A stretch of 64,000 nt of DNA, taken from assembly GCA_902553555.1 (NCBI GenBank), contig CACDLE010000001.1, forward strand, positions 96,965-160,964, read 5' to 3'. Numbering within the stretch: the first letter of the stretch is position 1; every line of letters begins with the position of its first letter. The translations under genes and the position numbers were made by a program. Positions 1 to 9,880 of the stretch are shown here, piece after piece. Source of the DNA: an uncultured Pelagibacteraceae bacterium (GTDB lineage: Bacteria > Pseudomonadota > Alphaproteobacteria > Pelagibacterales > Pelagibacteraceae). The notes under the pieces were generated by a model. It was given only the letters and a program-made list of their open reading frames with translations. It had not been told where the DNA came from and made no database searches.

Positions 1-17
1 TAATTTACTTTTTTATC

Positions 18-1412
18 ATGACAAACAAATCGATTAATCAAAAGAATATTTTTGTTTCCGAAGAAGAGAAAACATTAAATTGGCCTGAATTACAAAGCAC
101 ATTAAAAAAAAATTTTGGAGAAGAAATTTATTCTAGTTGGTTAAAAAATATTACTTTAGAGAAAGAATTTAACGACTATCTCGTTTTAGGTGTCCCAACC
201 AGATTTTTCAGAGATTGGATTGTCTCAAGGTACTTAGATAAAATATTAGAGATAGTCAAAGAGTTTAAATTGAGCTTAAGTAGGATTGAATTCAAGATAA
301 TTGAAGAACATAAACCAGTCAAAAATGATCAATTCAAAATTGATGATTTTACAAAAGTTTCAGAAATTAAAGACTCTATATTAAACTACAACAGACTTAA
401 TTCAAATTTAAGTTTTACAAATTTTGTTCAGGGGACAAGTAATGAAGTAGCATTGTCTTATTCAAAAAAAGTTTGTGAACACACGTCAAGATATAATCCA
501 CTATACATTTATGGAGGAGTAGGTTTAGGTAAAACGCACCTATTAAATGCTATAGGATTAAAGCTTCAAGATGAAAATGAGGTCATGTTTATATCCGCTG
601 AGAGATTTATGTATCACTTTATTAAATCAATAAAAAAAAATGATATGGTTAATTTTAAAGATTTTTTTAGAAAATCTTCAGTCTTTATCATAGATGATGT
701 GCAATTTTTAAGAGGAAAGGAAAGTCTTCAAGAGGAATTTTTTCATACTTTTAATAGCCTATTAGAAAAAGGCTCACAAATTATTGTATCGGCTGATAGA
801 CCTCCAATGAAGTTAGATCGAGTGCAAGAAAGAATAAAATCTAGATTATCAGGGGGATTAATTGTTGATATAGACGTTCCTGATTTGGAATTGAAAAAAA
901 ACATTGTGAAGAGAAAAATTAACGATATTCAAACCCAATTTAAAGAAAACATAAATATTAGTGATGAAGTGATTCACTATATTTCTAGCGAAGCAAAAAC
1001 CAACATTAGAGAGTTACTAGGTGTTCTCAATAGAATAATTGCCTTCGGAAGAATACATAAACGAGTTTTAAATATTAATGATTGTAGAAATATTTTAAAA
1101 GATGTTTTTAATCAAATAAACGTAATTACTATAGATAAAATACAAAATGCAGTATCTAATTATTTTAATATTTCATTAACGGATATGTTGTCGCAAAGAA
1201 GATCAAGACCATTAGCTAGACCAAGGCAAGTTGCAATGTATTTATCAAAAAAAATGACTACAAGATCACTGCCAGAGATTGGAAGAAGATTTGCTAACAG
1301 AGATCATACAACTGTAATACACGCAGTTAAAACAATTACAAAATTATCAGAGAGTGATGAAGAGATGAAGAAAAATTTAATTCAAATAAAAGGTTTATTG
1401 CTCGAAAATTAA
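18..1412 (+). CDS. dnaA: Chromosomal replication initiator DnaA
   Basis: YNPLYIYGGVGLGKTHL Walker A, IDDVQF Walker B, QEEFFHTFN, C-terminal RPRQVAMYL...RDHTTVIHA DNA-binding domain. Confidence 0.99.
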   Translation: MTNKSINQKNIFVSEEEKTLNWPELQSTLKKNFGEEIYSSWLKNITLEKEFNDYLVLGVPTRFFRDWIVSRYLDKILEIVKEFKLSLSRIEFKIIEEHKPVKNDQFKIDDFTKVSEIKDSILNYNRLNSNLSFTNFVQGTSNEVALSYSKKVCEHTSRYNPLYIYGGVGLGKTHLLNAIGLKLQDENEVMFISAERFMYHFIKSIKKNDMVNFKDFFRKSSVFIIDDVQFLRGKESLQEEFFHTFNSLLEKGSQIIVSADRPPMKLDRVQERIKSRLSGGLIVDIDVPDLELKKNIVKRKINDIQTQFKENINISDEVIHYISSEAKTNIRELLGVLNRIIAFGRIHKRVLNINDCRNILKDVFNQINVITIDKIQNAVSNYFNISLTDMLSQRRSRPLARPRQVAMYLSKKMTTRSLPEIGRRFANRDHTTVIHAVKTITKLSESDEEMKKNLIQIKGLLLEN

Positions 1413-1417
1413 GATTA

Positions 1418-2533
1418 ATGCAGTTCATAATAAAAAGAGACATTCTACTTAAATCTTTAAATTTTGTTCAAGGAGTTGTTGAAAAAAAAAATACTTTACC
1501 TATCTTATCAAATGTTTTATTAAGCGCAAAAAATGGAAAATTGGAAGTTGTTGCGACAGATTTAGATATAATTTTTTTTGACGAAATAAACGATGTCAAA
1601 ATAATTGCTGAGGGGGATACAACTACTTCAGCTAACGTTTTGTATGATATTTTAAGAAAAATACCTGCAAATTCTGATGTAGACTTTAAATTAAAATCAG
1701 AGAATAAGTTGAGTATAAAATCTGATAATTCCGATTTTAATTTGCTTTGCTTACCATCTAATACTTATCCAACTTTTGAAGATAATTTTGGAACAGAAAA
1801 AATTGAAGTTAAAAAAAATAAATTTTTGTCATTGTTAAATAAAACTAAAATTTCAATCTCTAATGATGACACACGTCATTATCTTAATGGTGTATTTTTA
1901 CATATAACACAAAGTAACGACAAAACTTTACTTACTGGGGTCGCAACAGATAGTCATAGGCTGTCTTCCAGTAGTCTCGAAATACCAAACTTAAAAAATT
2001 TTTCCTCTATCATAATTCCTAGAAAAGCTGTTTTCCAAATTTGTGCAATGATGGCAGAAATTGATGCACCACTATTTATTCAAACGAGTGATTCTAAGAT
2101 CAAATTTAAATTAGGAAAAATTGAGTTAATTTCGAAAGTAATAGACGGAAAATTCCCCGACTATCAAAAAGTTGTACCCAAAGACAACAATAAAACACTA
2201 GTAGTACAAGCAAAAGACTTTATAAATTCTGTAGAAAAAGTTACCTCTGTTTCTTTAGATAGAAAAGAAGGTGTCAAATTAGAAATTACTAAAGGAAAAG
2301 TAAAATTATCGGTCAATAGTACTAATTCTGGCGATGGTAATGATATTTTAAACGCTGTTTATAAAGATGATGATTTGACCATAGGATTTAATTCGAAATA
2401 CCTTCTTGACATAGCATCAGAAGTGGAAGATCAAAATCTTGTACTTAATTTGAAAGACCCAACTTCTCCTGTCTTAATTCAAGATAAATCTGATATAAAT
2501 AGTTATTACGTTATAATGCCGATGAAAATATAA
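1418..2533 (+). CDS. dnaN: DNA polymerase III beta sliding clamp
   Basis: LPILSNVLL, ATDSHRL, GKFPDY, C-terminal YVIMPMKI; follows dnaA. Confidence 0.99.
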   Translation: MQFIIKRDILLKSLNFVQGVVEKKNTLPILSNVLLSAKNGKLEVVATDLDIIFFDEINDVKIIAEGDTTTSANVLYDILRKIPANSDVDFKLKSENKLSIKSDNSDFNLLCLPSNTYPTFEDNFGTEKIEVKKNKFLSLLNKTKISISNDDTRHYLNGVFLHITQSNDKTLLTGVATDSHRLSSSSLEIPNLKNFSSIIIPRKAVFQICAMMAEIDAPLFIQTSDSKIKFKLGKIELISKVIDGKFPDYQKVVPKDNNKTLVVQAKDFINSVEKVTSVSLDRKEGVKLEITKGKVKLSVNSTNSGDGNDILNAVYKDDDLTIGFNSKYLLDIASEVEDQNLVLNLKDPTSPVLIQDKSDINSYYVIMPMKI

Positions 2534-2667
2534 AAAATTTGATTTTTTAAATTAATTTTTTTTTTTCAATTAAAACTGTTGGTATTAATCATTAATAGCG
2601 GGATACCTTTTAGCCTGATTGTAACTTGTTCAAAAAAAATGATATAATAATTTATATTTAAAATTAA

Positions 2668-4737
2668 ATGCCAAAAAATAATACAGAAAATTTCAATAGT
2701 TCTTATGATGCAGAGTCAATAAAAGTCTTAAAGGGTCTTGAAGCTGTAAGAAAAAGGCCTGGTATGTATATTGGAGACACAGATGATGGAACAGGATTGC
2801 ATCACATGGTCTTCGAAGTGGTTGATAATTCAATAGACGAGGCTCTTGGAGGGTATTGTAAAAACATAAATGTTTATATCCGTAAGGATAATACAATAAC
2901 CGTAGAAGACGATGGTAGAGGTATCCCAGTTGATTTACACAAATCTGAAAAAATGTCTGCAGCTGAAGTAATAATGACCCAACTACACGCAGGAGGAAAA
3001 TTTGACCATAACTCATATAAAGTTTCGGGAGGTTTGCATGGAGTAGGAGTGTCCGTTGTTAATGCATTATCTGAAAAATTAAAATTAAACATTTTCAGAG
3101 ATGGTCACGAGTACTTTGTAGAGTTTCAAAATGGAAAACCAATTAAACCATTAAAAAAAATTGGAAAAACAAAAAAAAGAGGAACAAAAATAACCTTTTT
3201 GCCCTCAAAAGAAATTTTTTCGTCAATCAAATTTAGTTCTTCAATTCTACAAAAGAGAATGCGGGAGTTAGCTTTCTTAAATAAAGGAATTAATCTCATT
3301 CTAGTAGATCAAACAAATGCTAAAGAAAAAAAGTATGAGAACAAATACGAAGGTGGTATACTTGAATTTGTTCAATTCATTAACCAAAAAAAACCTATTT
3401 TACAGAATAAAAACGAAAAAGCTGTTTTTAAAAAACCGATATATATTTCTTCAAACAAAAATGATATAGGCGTTGAGTGTTCCCTTGAGTGGAACGCTGG
3501 GTATTCTGAAGAAGTTTTGGCTTTTACAAACAACATTCATCAAAAAGATGGCGGAACGCATTTGCTCGGGTTTAGAAGTGCGCTTACAAGAATAATTAAT
3601 AAGTATTCAAATGAACACAATAAAAGAAATAAAATTACGTTATCTGGTGAGGACATAAAAGAAGGACTTACAGTAGTTCTATCAATAAAAATGCCAGATC
3701 CAAAATTTTCATCTCAAACAAAAGATAAATTAGTATCTTCAGAAGTTAGAAATATTGTTGAAAATGTTATTAACGATAAAGTTTCAGTTTGGTTTGACCA
3801 AAATCCATCAATAATAAGAAATGTTTTAGAAAAGATTACCCAAGCGGCTATTGCGAGAGATGTTGCGAGAAAGGCTAGAGACAATATAAGAAGGAAAGGT
3901 AGCTTCGAAATCACTGGATTGCCAGGCAAATTAGCAGATTGTCAAATATCAAAAAAAGAGGGTACAGAATTATACATTGTCGAAGGAGACTCAGCTGGTG
4001 GTTCAGCTAAGCAGGGAAGAAATAGAGAGTTTCAGGCTGTGTTACCGCTTAGAGGAAAAATTCTAAATACTTATGTAAAAAATAAAAGTAAAGTTAATGG
4101 CAATGGAAATGATTATGCCACAAAAGCTTTATCTAAAATGATGTCATCAAGTGAAATTGTAACCCTAATTAATGCTCTGGGCACAGGTTCAAAAGATTTT
4201 GATATTGAAGATTTAAGATACGAAAAAATAGTTATAATGACAGATGCTGATGTTGACGGATCGCATATTAGAACTTTGCTTCTAACTTTTTTTAACAATT
4301 ATCCATTTAACCAATTAATAGAGAATGGAAATCTTTATTTAGCCCAACCGCCACTCTTTAAAGTCACAAAATCTGGAAAAGGAATTTATATTAAAGATGA
4401 GAAAGAACTAGAAAAATATATTATTGAGAATTCAAATGAGAATATAAAAAAAAATAAGATAAATTCAAAAGAGTTTAAAAAAATAATTGATGAGGAAAGA
4501 CAAAAATTATCCATACAAAGATTCAAAGGATTAGGTGAAATGAACCCAGATGAACTATGGGAAACCACGCTAAACCCAGATAACAGAATCTTATTGAAAG
4601 TACAATATTCAAACGGGACTAAGGAAAAATCGAAAGAAGACCAAAAGATTATTGGAATTTTAATGGGAGATGAGGTGGCTCCAAGAAAAGAATTCATTAC
4701 AAGCAATGCATTAGACGTAGCTAATTTAGATATTTAA
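2668..4737 (+). CDS. gyrB: DNA gyrase subunit B (short form)
   Basis: GLEAVRKRPGMYIG, EVVDNSIDE, GGLHGVG, VEGDSAGG, PLRGKILN, DADVDG, QRFKGLGEM. Confidence 0.97.
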   Translation: MPKNNTENFNSSYDAESIKVLKGLEAVRKRPGMYIGDTDDGTGLHHMVFEVVDNSIDEALGGYCKNINVYIRKDNTITVEDDGRGIPVDLHKSEKMSAAEVIMTQLHAGGKFDHNSYKVSGGLHGVGVSVVNALSEKLKLNIFRDGHEYFVEFQNGKPIKPLKKIGKTKKRGTKITFLPSKEIFSSIKFSSSILQKRMRELAFLNKGINLILVDQTNAKEKKYENKYEGGILEFVQFINQKKPILQNKNEKAVFKKPIYISSNKNDIGVECSLEWNAGYSEEVLAFTNNIHQKDGGTHLLGFRSALTRIINKYSNEHNKRNKITLSGEDIKEGLTVVLSIKMPDPKFSSQTKDKLVSSEVRNIVENVINDKVSVWFDQNPSIIRNVLEKITQAAIARDVARKARDNIRRKGSFEITGLPGKLADCQISKKEGTELYIVEGDSAGGSAKQGRNREFQAVLPLRGKILNTYVKNKSKVNGNGNDYATKALSKMMSSSEIVTLINALGTGSKDFDIEDLRYEKIVIMTDADVDGSHIRTLLLTFFNNYPFNQLIENGNLYLAQPPLFKVTKSGKGIYIKDEKELEKYIIENSNENIKKNKINSKEFKKIIDEERQKLSIQRFKGLGEMNPDELWETTLNPDNRILLKVQYSNGTKEKSKEDQKIIGILMGDEVAPRKEFITSNALDVANLDI

Positions 4738-4742
4738 GTTAA

Positions 4743-6032
4743 ATGAATTTGTCTACTCTTTTTAGACTGGAAGAAAACTTAAATTTAGATAAAAGAACTT
4801 TAGTATTTCTGCGATGGCTTGCTATTTTTGGTCAATTAATATCAGTTAATCTAGTTTATTTTATCTTAGATTTAAGTTTTCCAGTATTTGAATGTCATTT
4901 AATCATTTTATTTGGTCTGCTTACTAATGTATTTCTTCAATTTAAAATAAGAGATACGCAATTAAAAGATCTTTATTCAACTTCATTTTTAATTTACGAC
5001 ATAATTCAATTAAGCTTGTTGTTATATTTAACAGGGGGGATTTTTAATCCATTTTCAATTTTAATTATTGTGCCGACTATAGTTTCATCAACTTTTTTAA
5101 GTATGGGTAGTACAATAATTTTGGGTTCATCAACAATATTATTTTTGTTCATATTAACTTTCTTTCACTTACCGTTACCTGGAATGGAAGAATATGTATT
5201 ATCTTTTCCAAACTATTATGTTACTGGCATCTTAATTTCTTTAATTATCGGATTAATTTTTTTAAGTTATTTTGGTATCAGATTTGCAGGAGAAACAAAA
5301 AAAAGATCAGAAGCATTAAATAAACTACAACAAATTTTAGCTAAAGAATATGAGTTGGAATCCTTAGGTGGTCAGGCCGCTGCTGCAGCTCATTCCTTAG
5401 GCACACCTTTAGCAACAATATCAGTCGTCTCCAAAGAATTAAGAAAGGAGATTGGAAATAATTCAAAATTTACAAAGGATTTAGACTTATTAATTAGTCA
5501 AACTAAAAGATGTAGTGAAATATTAAAAAAAATCTCTCAAAAAAAAATTATTAGTGATCAATTTTTTAGCAAAATGAATGTTGAAGATTTACTTGAAGAG
5601 ATCATTAAATCATTTAAAGAGTCTTCTGAAAAGTTAATCAATTTAAATACTGAAAAATATATCAACTTAATAAATATTAAAAGATCGCCGGAGCTAGTTT
5701 ATGGTTTAAGAAATTTCATCGGAAATGCTGTAAAATTTTCTAACAAAAACATTTTGATTTCGATAGATAGTGATAATATTAATTTAAAAATTAATATTGA
5801 AGATGATGGCCCAGGTTTTCCTGAAGATATTATCAGAAGTCTAGGAGAACCTTATATTAAGTCTAAGGACAAAAATTTTCAAAATAATGGAGGTTTAGGC
5901 CTTGGAACTTTTTTAGGTAAAACACTGTTAGAAAGACAGTCAGCTATTATTACTTTCAGCAATATGAGTAAATTAAAAGGAGCGAAAGTCGAGATTAAGT
6001 GGCGAATAAATGATCTTAATATTTCTTCTTAA
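4743..6032 (+). CDS. regB: RegB/PrrB/ActS-family redox sensor histidine kinase
   Basis: LRWLAIFGQ, LTGGIFNPF quinone-binding motif, AAAAAHSLGTPL H-box, RCSEIL redox Cys, DDGPGF, GLGLG. Confidence 0.95.
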   Translation: MNLSTLFRLEENLNLDKRTLVFLRWLAIFGQLISVNLVYFILDLSFPVFECHLIILFGLLTNVFLQFKIRDTQLKDLYSTSFLIYDIIQLSLLLYLTGGIFNPFSILIIVPTIVSSTFLSMGSTIILGSSTILFLFILTFFHLPLPGMEEYVLSFPNYYVTGILISLIIGLIFLSYFGIRFAGETKKRSEALNKLQQILAKEYELESLGGQAAAAAHSLGTPLATISVVSKELRKEIGNNSKFTKDLDLLISQTKRCSEILKKISQKKIISDQFFSKMNVEDLLEEIIKSFKESSEKLINLNTEKYINLINIKRSPELVYGLRNFIGNAVKFSNKNILISIDSDNINLKINIEDDGPGFPEDIIRSLGEPYIKSKDKNFQNNGGLGLGTFLGKTLLERQSAIITFSNMSKLKGAKVEIKWRINDLNISS

Positions 6033-6903
6033 ATTCAAATATATAAGATAGCATTTTGTAAGCTAATTTAGCTGTTAAAAAATTGTAAGAATTGAAACCT
6101 TTGATCGGTGAAAGCTCATTTATATCTGCTCCAATAATATTAGATACTGAACAAATTTTTTTGATTATCGGCATTACATCGTCCCAGAACATCCCCCCTG
6201 GTTCTGGAGTGCCTGTAGCAGGCATTAGACTTGAATCAAATCCATCAACATCAAAAGTAATATAAACATTTTTATTTTTAAAAATGTTCTTAATCTTAGA
6301 AAGATTCCAATATTTTTTATCTTTCGCCCAAAAAATTTTTATTCTATCTTTATTTTTACTCAAAAAGACCATTTCTTCTTTGCATAAATTTCGTATCCCA
6401 AAAGAGATTACCCTCACATTTTTGTAGTCTAGACACCTTCTGATTGCTGTCGCATGTGAAAATTTTTCTTTGTTATAAACTGAGCGTAAATCAGCGTGTG
6501 CATCAAAATGTAATATATATATTACTTTATATTTATTAATAAAAGGTTTGATAGCTCCTCTTGTTAATGAATGTTCACCACCTAATACAAGCGGAAACAA
6601 TTTTTTTGAGATTATATTTTTATTAATTTCTGATAGCTGATTTAAAGCATCTATTATATTATTTTTAATACTAAAATATTTTAAAGTTCTAATACCTATT
6701 TTTTTGTATGGTTCTTTATTCAATTCTTCGTCATATAGCTCAACTTGATGAGAAGCCTTTATTATCTCTTTTGGTGCGTTTTTTGTTCCTTTGCCGTATG
6801 AGACTGTTTTTTCCATTCCAAAAGGAACTATCACAACTCTATCCTTTATATTGGTCGAGGCATCGTAGCCTAAAAAACCATCTTTTTGTTTTAGAAATTT
6901 CAT
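6016..6903 (-). CDS. speB: Agmatinase / ureohydrolase
   Basis: GGEHS, FDAHADL, FDVDGFD, ATGTPEPGG ureohydrolase motifs. Confidence 0.9.
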   Translation of the reverse strand: MKFLKQKDGFLGYDASTNIKDRVVIVPFGMEKTVSYGKGTKNAPKEIIKASHQVELYDEELNKEPYKKIGIRTLKYFSIKNNIIDALNQLSEINKNIISKKLFPLVLGGEHSLTRGAIKPFINKYKVIYILHFDAHADLRSVYNKEKFSHATAIRRCLDYKNVRVISFGIRNLCKEEMVFLSKNKDRIKIFWAKDKKYWNLSKIKNIFKNKNVYITFDVDGFDSSLMPATGTPEPGGMFWDDVMPIIKKICSVSNIIGADINELSPIKGFNSYNFLTAKLAYKMLSYIFEFKKKY

Positions 6904-7953
6904 TTAGCTGAAAATTTTTGCGAATTCTCTTTTATCTCTTTTTTTCCAATTTTGTCTGTGGTATGCATCGCTAGCTATTAGAGGTAATACGCTTGTTGCT
7001 TCAGCAAAAACCATTTGTTCCTTTGAAATATCTACTTTTCCCCAAGAGCTAGCCTCCTTAAGAGTGGAGCTACTACAAGCACCGTCTCTTGTGTCGGCGA
7101 CAGTTATTTGAACGGCGTATTTATGCATGTCAACCTTTTTACCTAATAATTCAGCACATACAACCGTGTCTTGAACAAAGTTTTTTGGAACTCCGCCACC
7201 TATCATTAATAATCCTGACTGTTTTGATCTAAGTTTAATCTCTGTTAATTCTCTAAATTCTCTTATCGAGTCTATTGTTAAATGTTTTTTAGGATTTTGT
7301 TCTTGATGCATAACAAGCCCAAACCCTGCTGAGCTATCTGTGAATGCAGGACAAAAAATAGGAACATTGTTGTTAAAGGCAGTTTCAATCAAAGAGTCCT
7401 TTTTTTTTGAATTTTTTTTGAGATATCTCCCCATTTCAAATATGAATTCTCTTGATGTGTATGTTTTAGGTTCTAAAGAATTTGCTATGTCACAAATTTT
7501 TTGATCACAAGCTTGAAGCTCATCTTCATCGATATAAGTGTCATAGATCCTATCAATGTAATTATCTCTTAATTTGCTATCGTTTTCAAATTGCGAGCCT
7601 TGATAATGTTTGAAACCTAGAGCTTCAAAAAAATCCATATCTACAATTGATGCTCCAGTTGCAACGATAGCATCTACCATATTGTATTTAACCAGGTCAG
7701 AGTACAACTTCATGCATCCACCAGCTGAGGTTGAACCTGCTAAAGTCAGAAAAATTGAGCAGGATTTGTCCTGAATCATTTCATTAAAAATTTTTGATGC
7801 ATTAGCTGTATCTCTGGAGGTAAAGGACATCTTTCCCATTGAGTTGATAATCTCCCGAGCATCAAATTTAGTAATATCAATATGCTCAACAGGTTTATTT
7901 AAAAAAGATTTTTTATTATGTCCTTTTCCAGGACTATTTTTTTTATTCATCAA
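6904..7953 (-). CDS. Deoxyhypusine-synthase-like protein (probable homospermidine biosynthesis)
   Basis: CPAFTDSSAG, IGGGVPKNF, GACSSSTLKEASSWGK with the catalytic Lys. Confidence 0.9.
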   Translation of the reverse strand: MMNKKNSPGKGHNKKSFLNKPVEHIDITKFDAREIINSMGKMSFTSRDTANASKIFNEMIQDKSCSIFLTLAGSTSAGGCMKLYSDLVKYNMVDAIVATGASIVDMDFFEALGFKHYQGSQFENDSKLRDNYIDRIYDTYIDEDELQACDQKICDIANSLEPKTYTSREFIFEMGRYLKKNSKKKDSLIETAFNNNVPIFCPAFTDSSAGFGLVMHQEQNPKKHLTIDSIREFRELTEIKLRSKQSGLLMIGGGVPKNFVQDTVVCAELLGKKVDMHKYAVQITVADTRDGACSSSTLKEASSWGKVDISKEQMVFAEATSVLPLIASDAYHRQNWKKRDKREFAKIFS

Positions 7954-9128
7954 GCAACTAAGTAATTAATTTTACCTGCATTATCATACAGTGACATTAT
8001 AGGCTTGTCATTAAGCTCAACGATTGTATTTGAGTAAAACCCATTAAATTTAGTTCTAAATGTTAGTCCATAAGCTCCTAATTGACCTAATTCAATGTAA
8101 TCACCCTCTTTAACATTATTTGGTAATAAAAAAGGACCTTTCATAAAATCTAGACTGTCACAAGTTGGCCCATAAAATTGAAATGCTGTAATTTTTTTTG
8201 ATTGTACTCTTCCGTTTGTAATTAATTTTGAAGGTAATATAAAATTTGGAACACCGGCGTCAAATAAAGAGCCATAAGTCCCATCATTAATGTATAATTT
8301 ATTTTTTTTTCTTAAATTAACTTTAACAATAGTTGATCCGCTTTCAGCCACTAAGGCTCTCCCAGGTTCACAGATTATTTCTGGAAGCTTTTCTAATTTT
8401 AAATGGCCTAAACCTAATTTAATTTCATTAATATAATTTTCAAGAGGCTCAGGTCTTAGATCAGGATAAATTGATGGAAATCCACCTCCAACATTTATTG
8501 TATCAGGAATTATTTTTGTTTTTTTTATTATATTTGAAATTTCTTTTAAACTTTTTGAGAATGAAATTTTGTGCATACATTGAGAACCAACATGAAAACT
8601 TATACCTAATTTTTTTGCATGTTGTTTACATAGTCTGACTAAACCAATCGCCTCACCAGAGATCGCACCAAACTTTCTCGATAAATCTAGTTCTGCATGT
8701 TCATTCGACACTGCAACTCGAACAAATAAATTTAAATCTTTTGCATTATTAGTTGACTCTAATATTTTCAATAATTCATCTTTTGTATCTAAAGAAAAAT
8801 CTCTGACATTATAGCTAAAGTACGCCTCTGAAATATCATCTCTTGATTTAATAGGATGCATAAAGAAAAGTTTTGATTTGTGGCTTAATTTTTTTATTGT
8901 TTTTACTTCATCGATTGATGCAACATCAAAACGATCTATACCATTATTAATAATATTTTTTAGAACGTATTCGTTTGGATTAGTTTTAACTGCGTACAAA
9001 ATTTTACCAGGGAACTTCTCCTTAAAAAACTTTATCGCGTTTTTAATGGCAGATGGACGTATACAGTAAATTGGTTTTACCGGTTTAAGTGTGTTAACTA
9101 GTTCGTTAACGTTACTAAATTTTTCCAT
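7950..9128 (-). CDS. Alanine-racemase-fold PLP ornithine/lysine/arginine decarboxylase
   Basis: YAVKTN, FHVGSQ, NVGGGF, EPGR, GPTCDS, GAY motifs; start moved to ATG 9128 behind a GAGGGA RBS-like site. Confidence 0.92.
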   Translation of the reverse strand: MEKFSNVNELVNTLKPVKPIYCIRPSAIKNAIKFFKEKFPGKILYAVKTNPNEYVLKNIINNGIDRFDVASIDEVKTIKKLSHKSKLFFMHPIKSRDDISEAYFSYNVRDFSLDTKDELLKILESTNNAKDLNLFVRVAVSNEHAELDLSRKFGAISGEAIGLVRLCKQHAKKLGISFHVGSQCMHKISFSKSLKEISNIIKKTKIIPDTINVGGGFPSIYPDLRPEPLENYINEIKLGLGHLKLEKLPEIICEPGRALVAESGSTIVKVNLRKKNKLYINDGTYGSLFDAGVPNFILPSKLITNGRVQSKKITAFQFYGPTCDSLDFMKGPFLLPNNVKEGDYIELGQLGAYGLTFRTKFNGFYSNTIVELNDKPIMSLYDNAGKINYLVA

Positions 9129-9269
9129 TTCATGTGTCCCTCGTTTATTCACACAAAAGAGTTTTCAAAAAATTTATAAAAAACTCTTATTTGATGGCAT
9201 TTATGGTTTTTTTTACCTTATGTAAAGCAAAAAATGCATAGCAAGTATGTTTAAAAGCTCTTCTTGATG

Positions 9270-9300
9270 GTTGAAATATCTATTCAAACACCCATATATA
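9270..9300 (+). promoter_or_regulatory. RpoH (sigma32)-like promoter of regA
   Basis: TTGAA-N15-CCCATAT, same elements and spacing as the hsp20 promoter; ATG 8 nt downstream. Confidence 0.55.
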
Positions 9301-9305
9301 AACTC

Positions 9306-9878
9306 ATGAGGAAGACGAATTTTCAAACACAACAATTAAATTTAAGTGATTTTCAGGATAAATCACTGTTAATACTGGACGATGACGACCCTTTAAGAGG
9401 TAGATTATCAAGAGCTATGGAAAAAAAGGGTTTTATCGTAAAAGAGGCGAAAACAGTTAGTGAAGGCCTACAAGTTGTAAAGAAAACACCACCAAATTTC
9501 GCCGTAATTGATCTTAGATTAGAAGATGGTAATGGATTAGACGTTGTTAAGGAGCTTTCTAAAAACAGGCCAGATTGCAGAACCGTGATGTTAACTGGAT
9601 ACGGTAATTTGCCGACTGCAGTTGCTGCCGTCAAAGCTGGGGCTATAGATTATATTGCTAAACCTGTAGACGCAGATGACGTTGAATCAGCATTATTGGC
9701 ATCTCCAGAATCCAAAGCAAAACCGCCAGAGAACCCAATGTCAGCAGATAGGGTTAAGTGGGAACATATTCATAGGGTATTTGAGCTTTGCAATAGGAAT
9801 GTATCTGAGACCGCTAGAAGACTGAAAATGCACAGACGTACTTTACAGAGAATCTTATCTAAGAGATCTCCTAGGTAA
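9306..9878 (+). CDS. regA: RegA/PrrA/ActR response regulator
   Basis: DLRLEDG receiver, LTGYGN, PPENPMSADRVKWEHI, NVSETARRLKMHRRTLQRILSKR; start moved to ATG 9306. Confidence 0.97.
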   Translation: MRKTNFQTQQLNLSDFQDKSLLILDDDDPLRGRLSRAMEKKGFIVKEAKTVSEGLQVVKKTPPNFAVIDLRLEDGNGLDVVKELSKNRPDCRTVMLTGYGNLPTAVAAVKAGAIDYIAKPVDADDVESALLASPESKAKPPENPMSADRVKWEHIHRVFELCNRNVSETARRLKMHRRTLQRILSKRSPR

Positions 9879-9880
9879 TT

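Noticed and set aside
2534-2667. AT-rich dnaN-gyrB spacer as oriC
   Set aside because: No TTATCCACA-like DnaA boxes seen; the AT richness matches genome background
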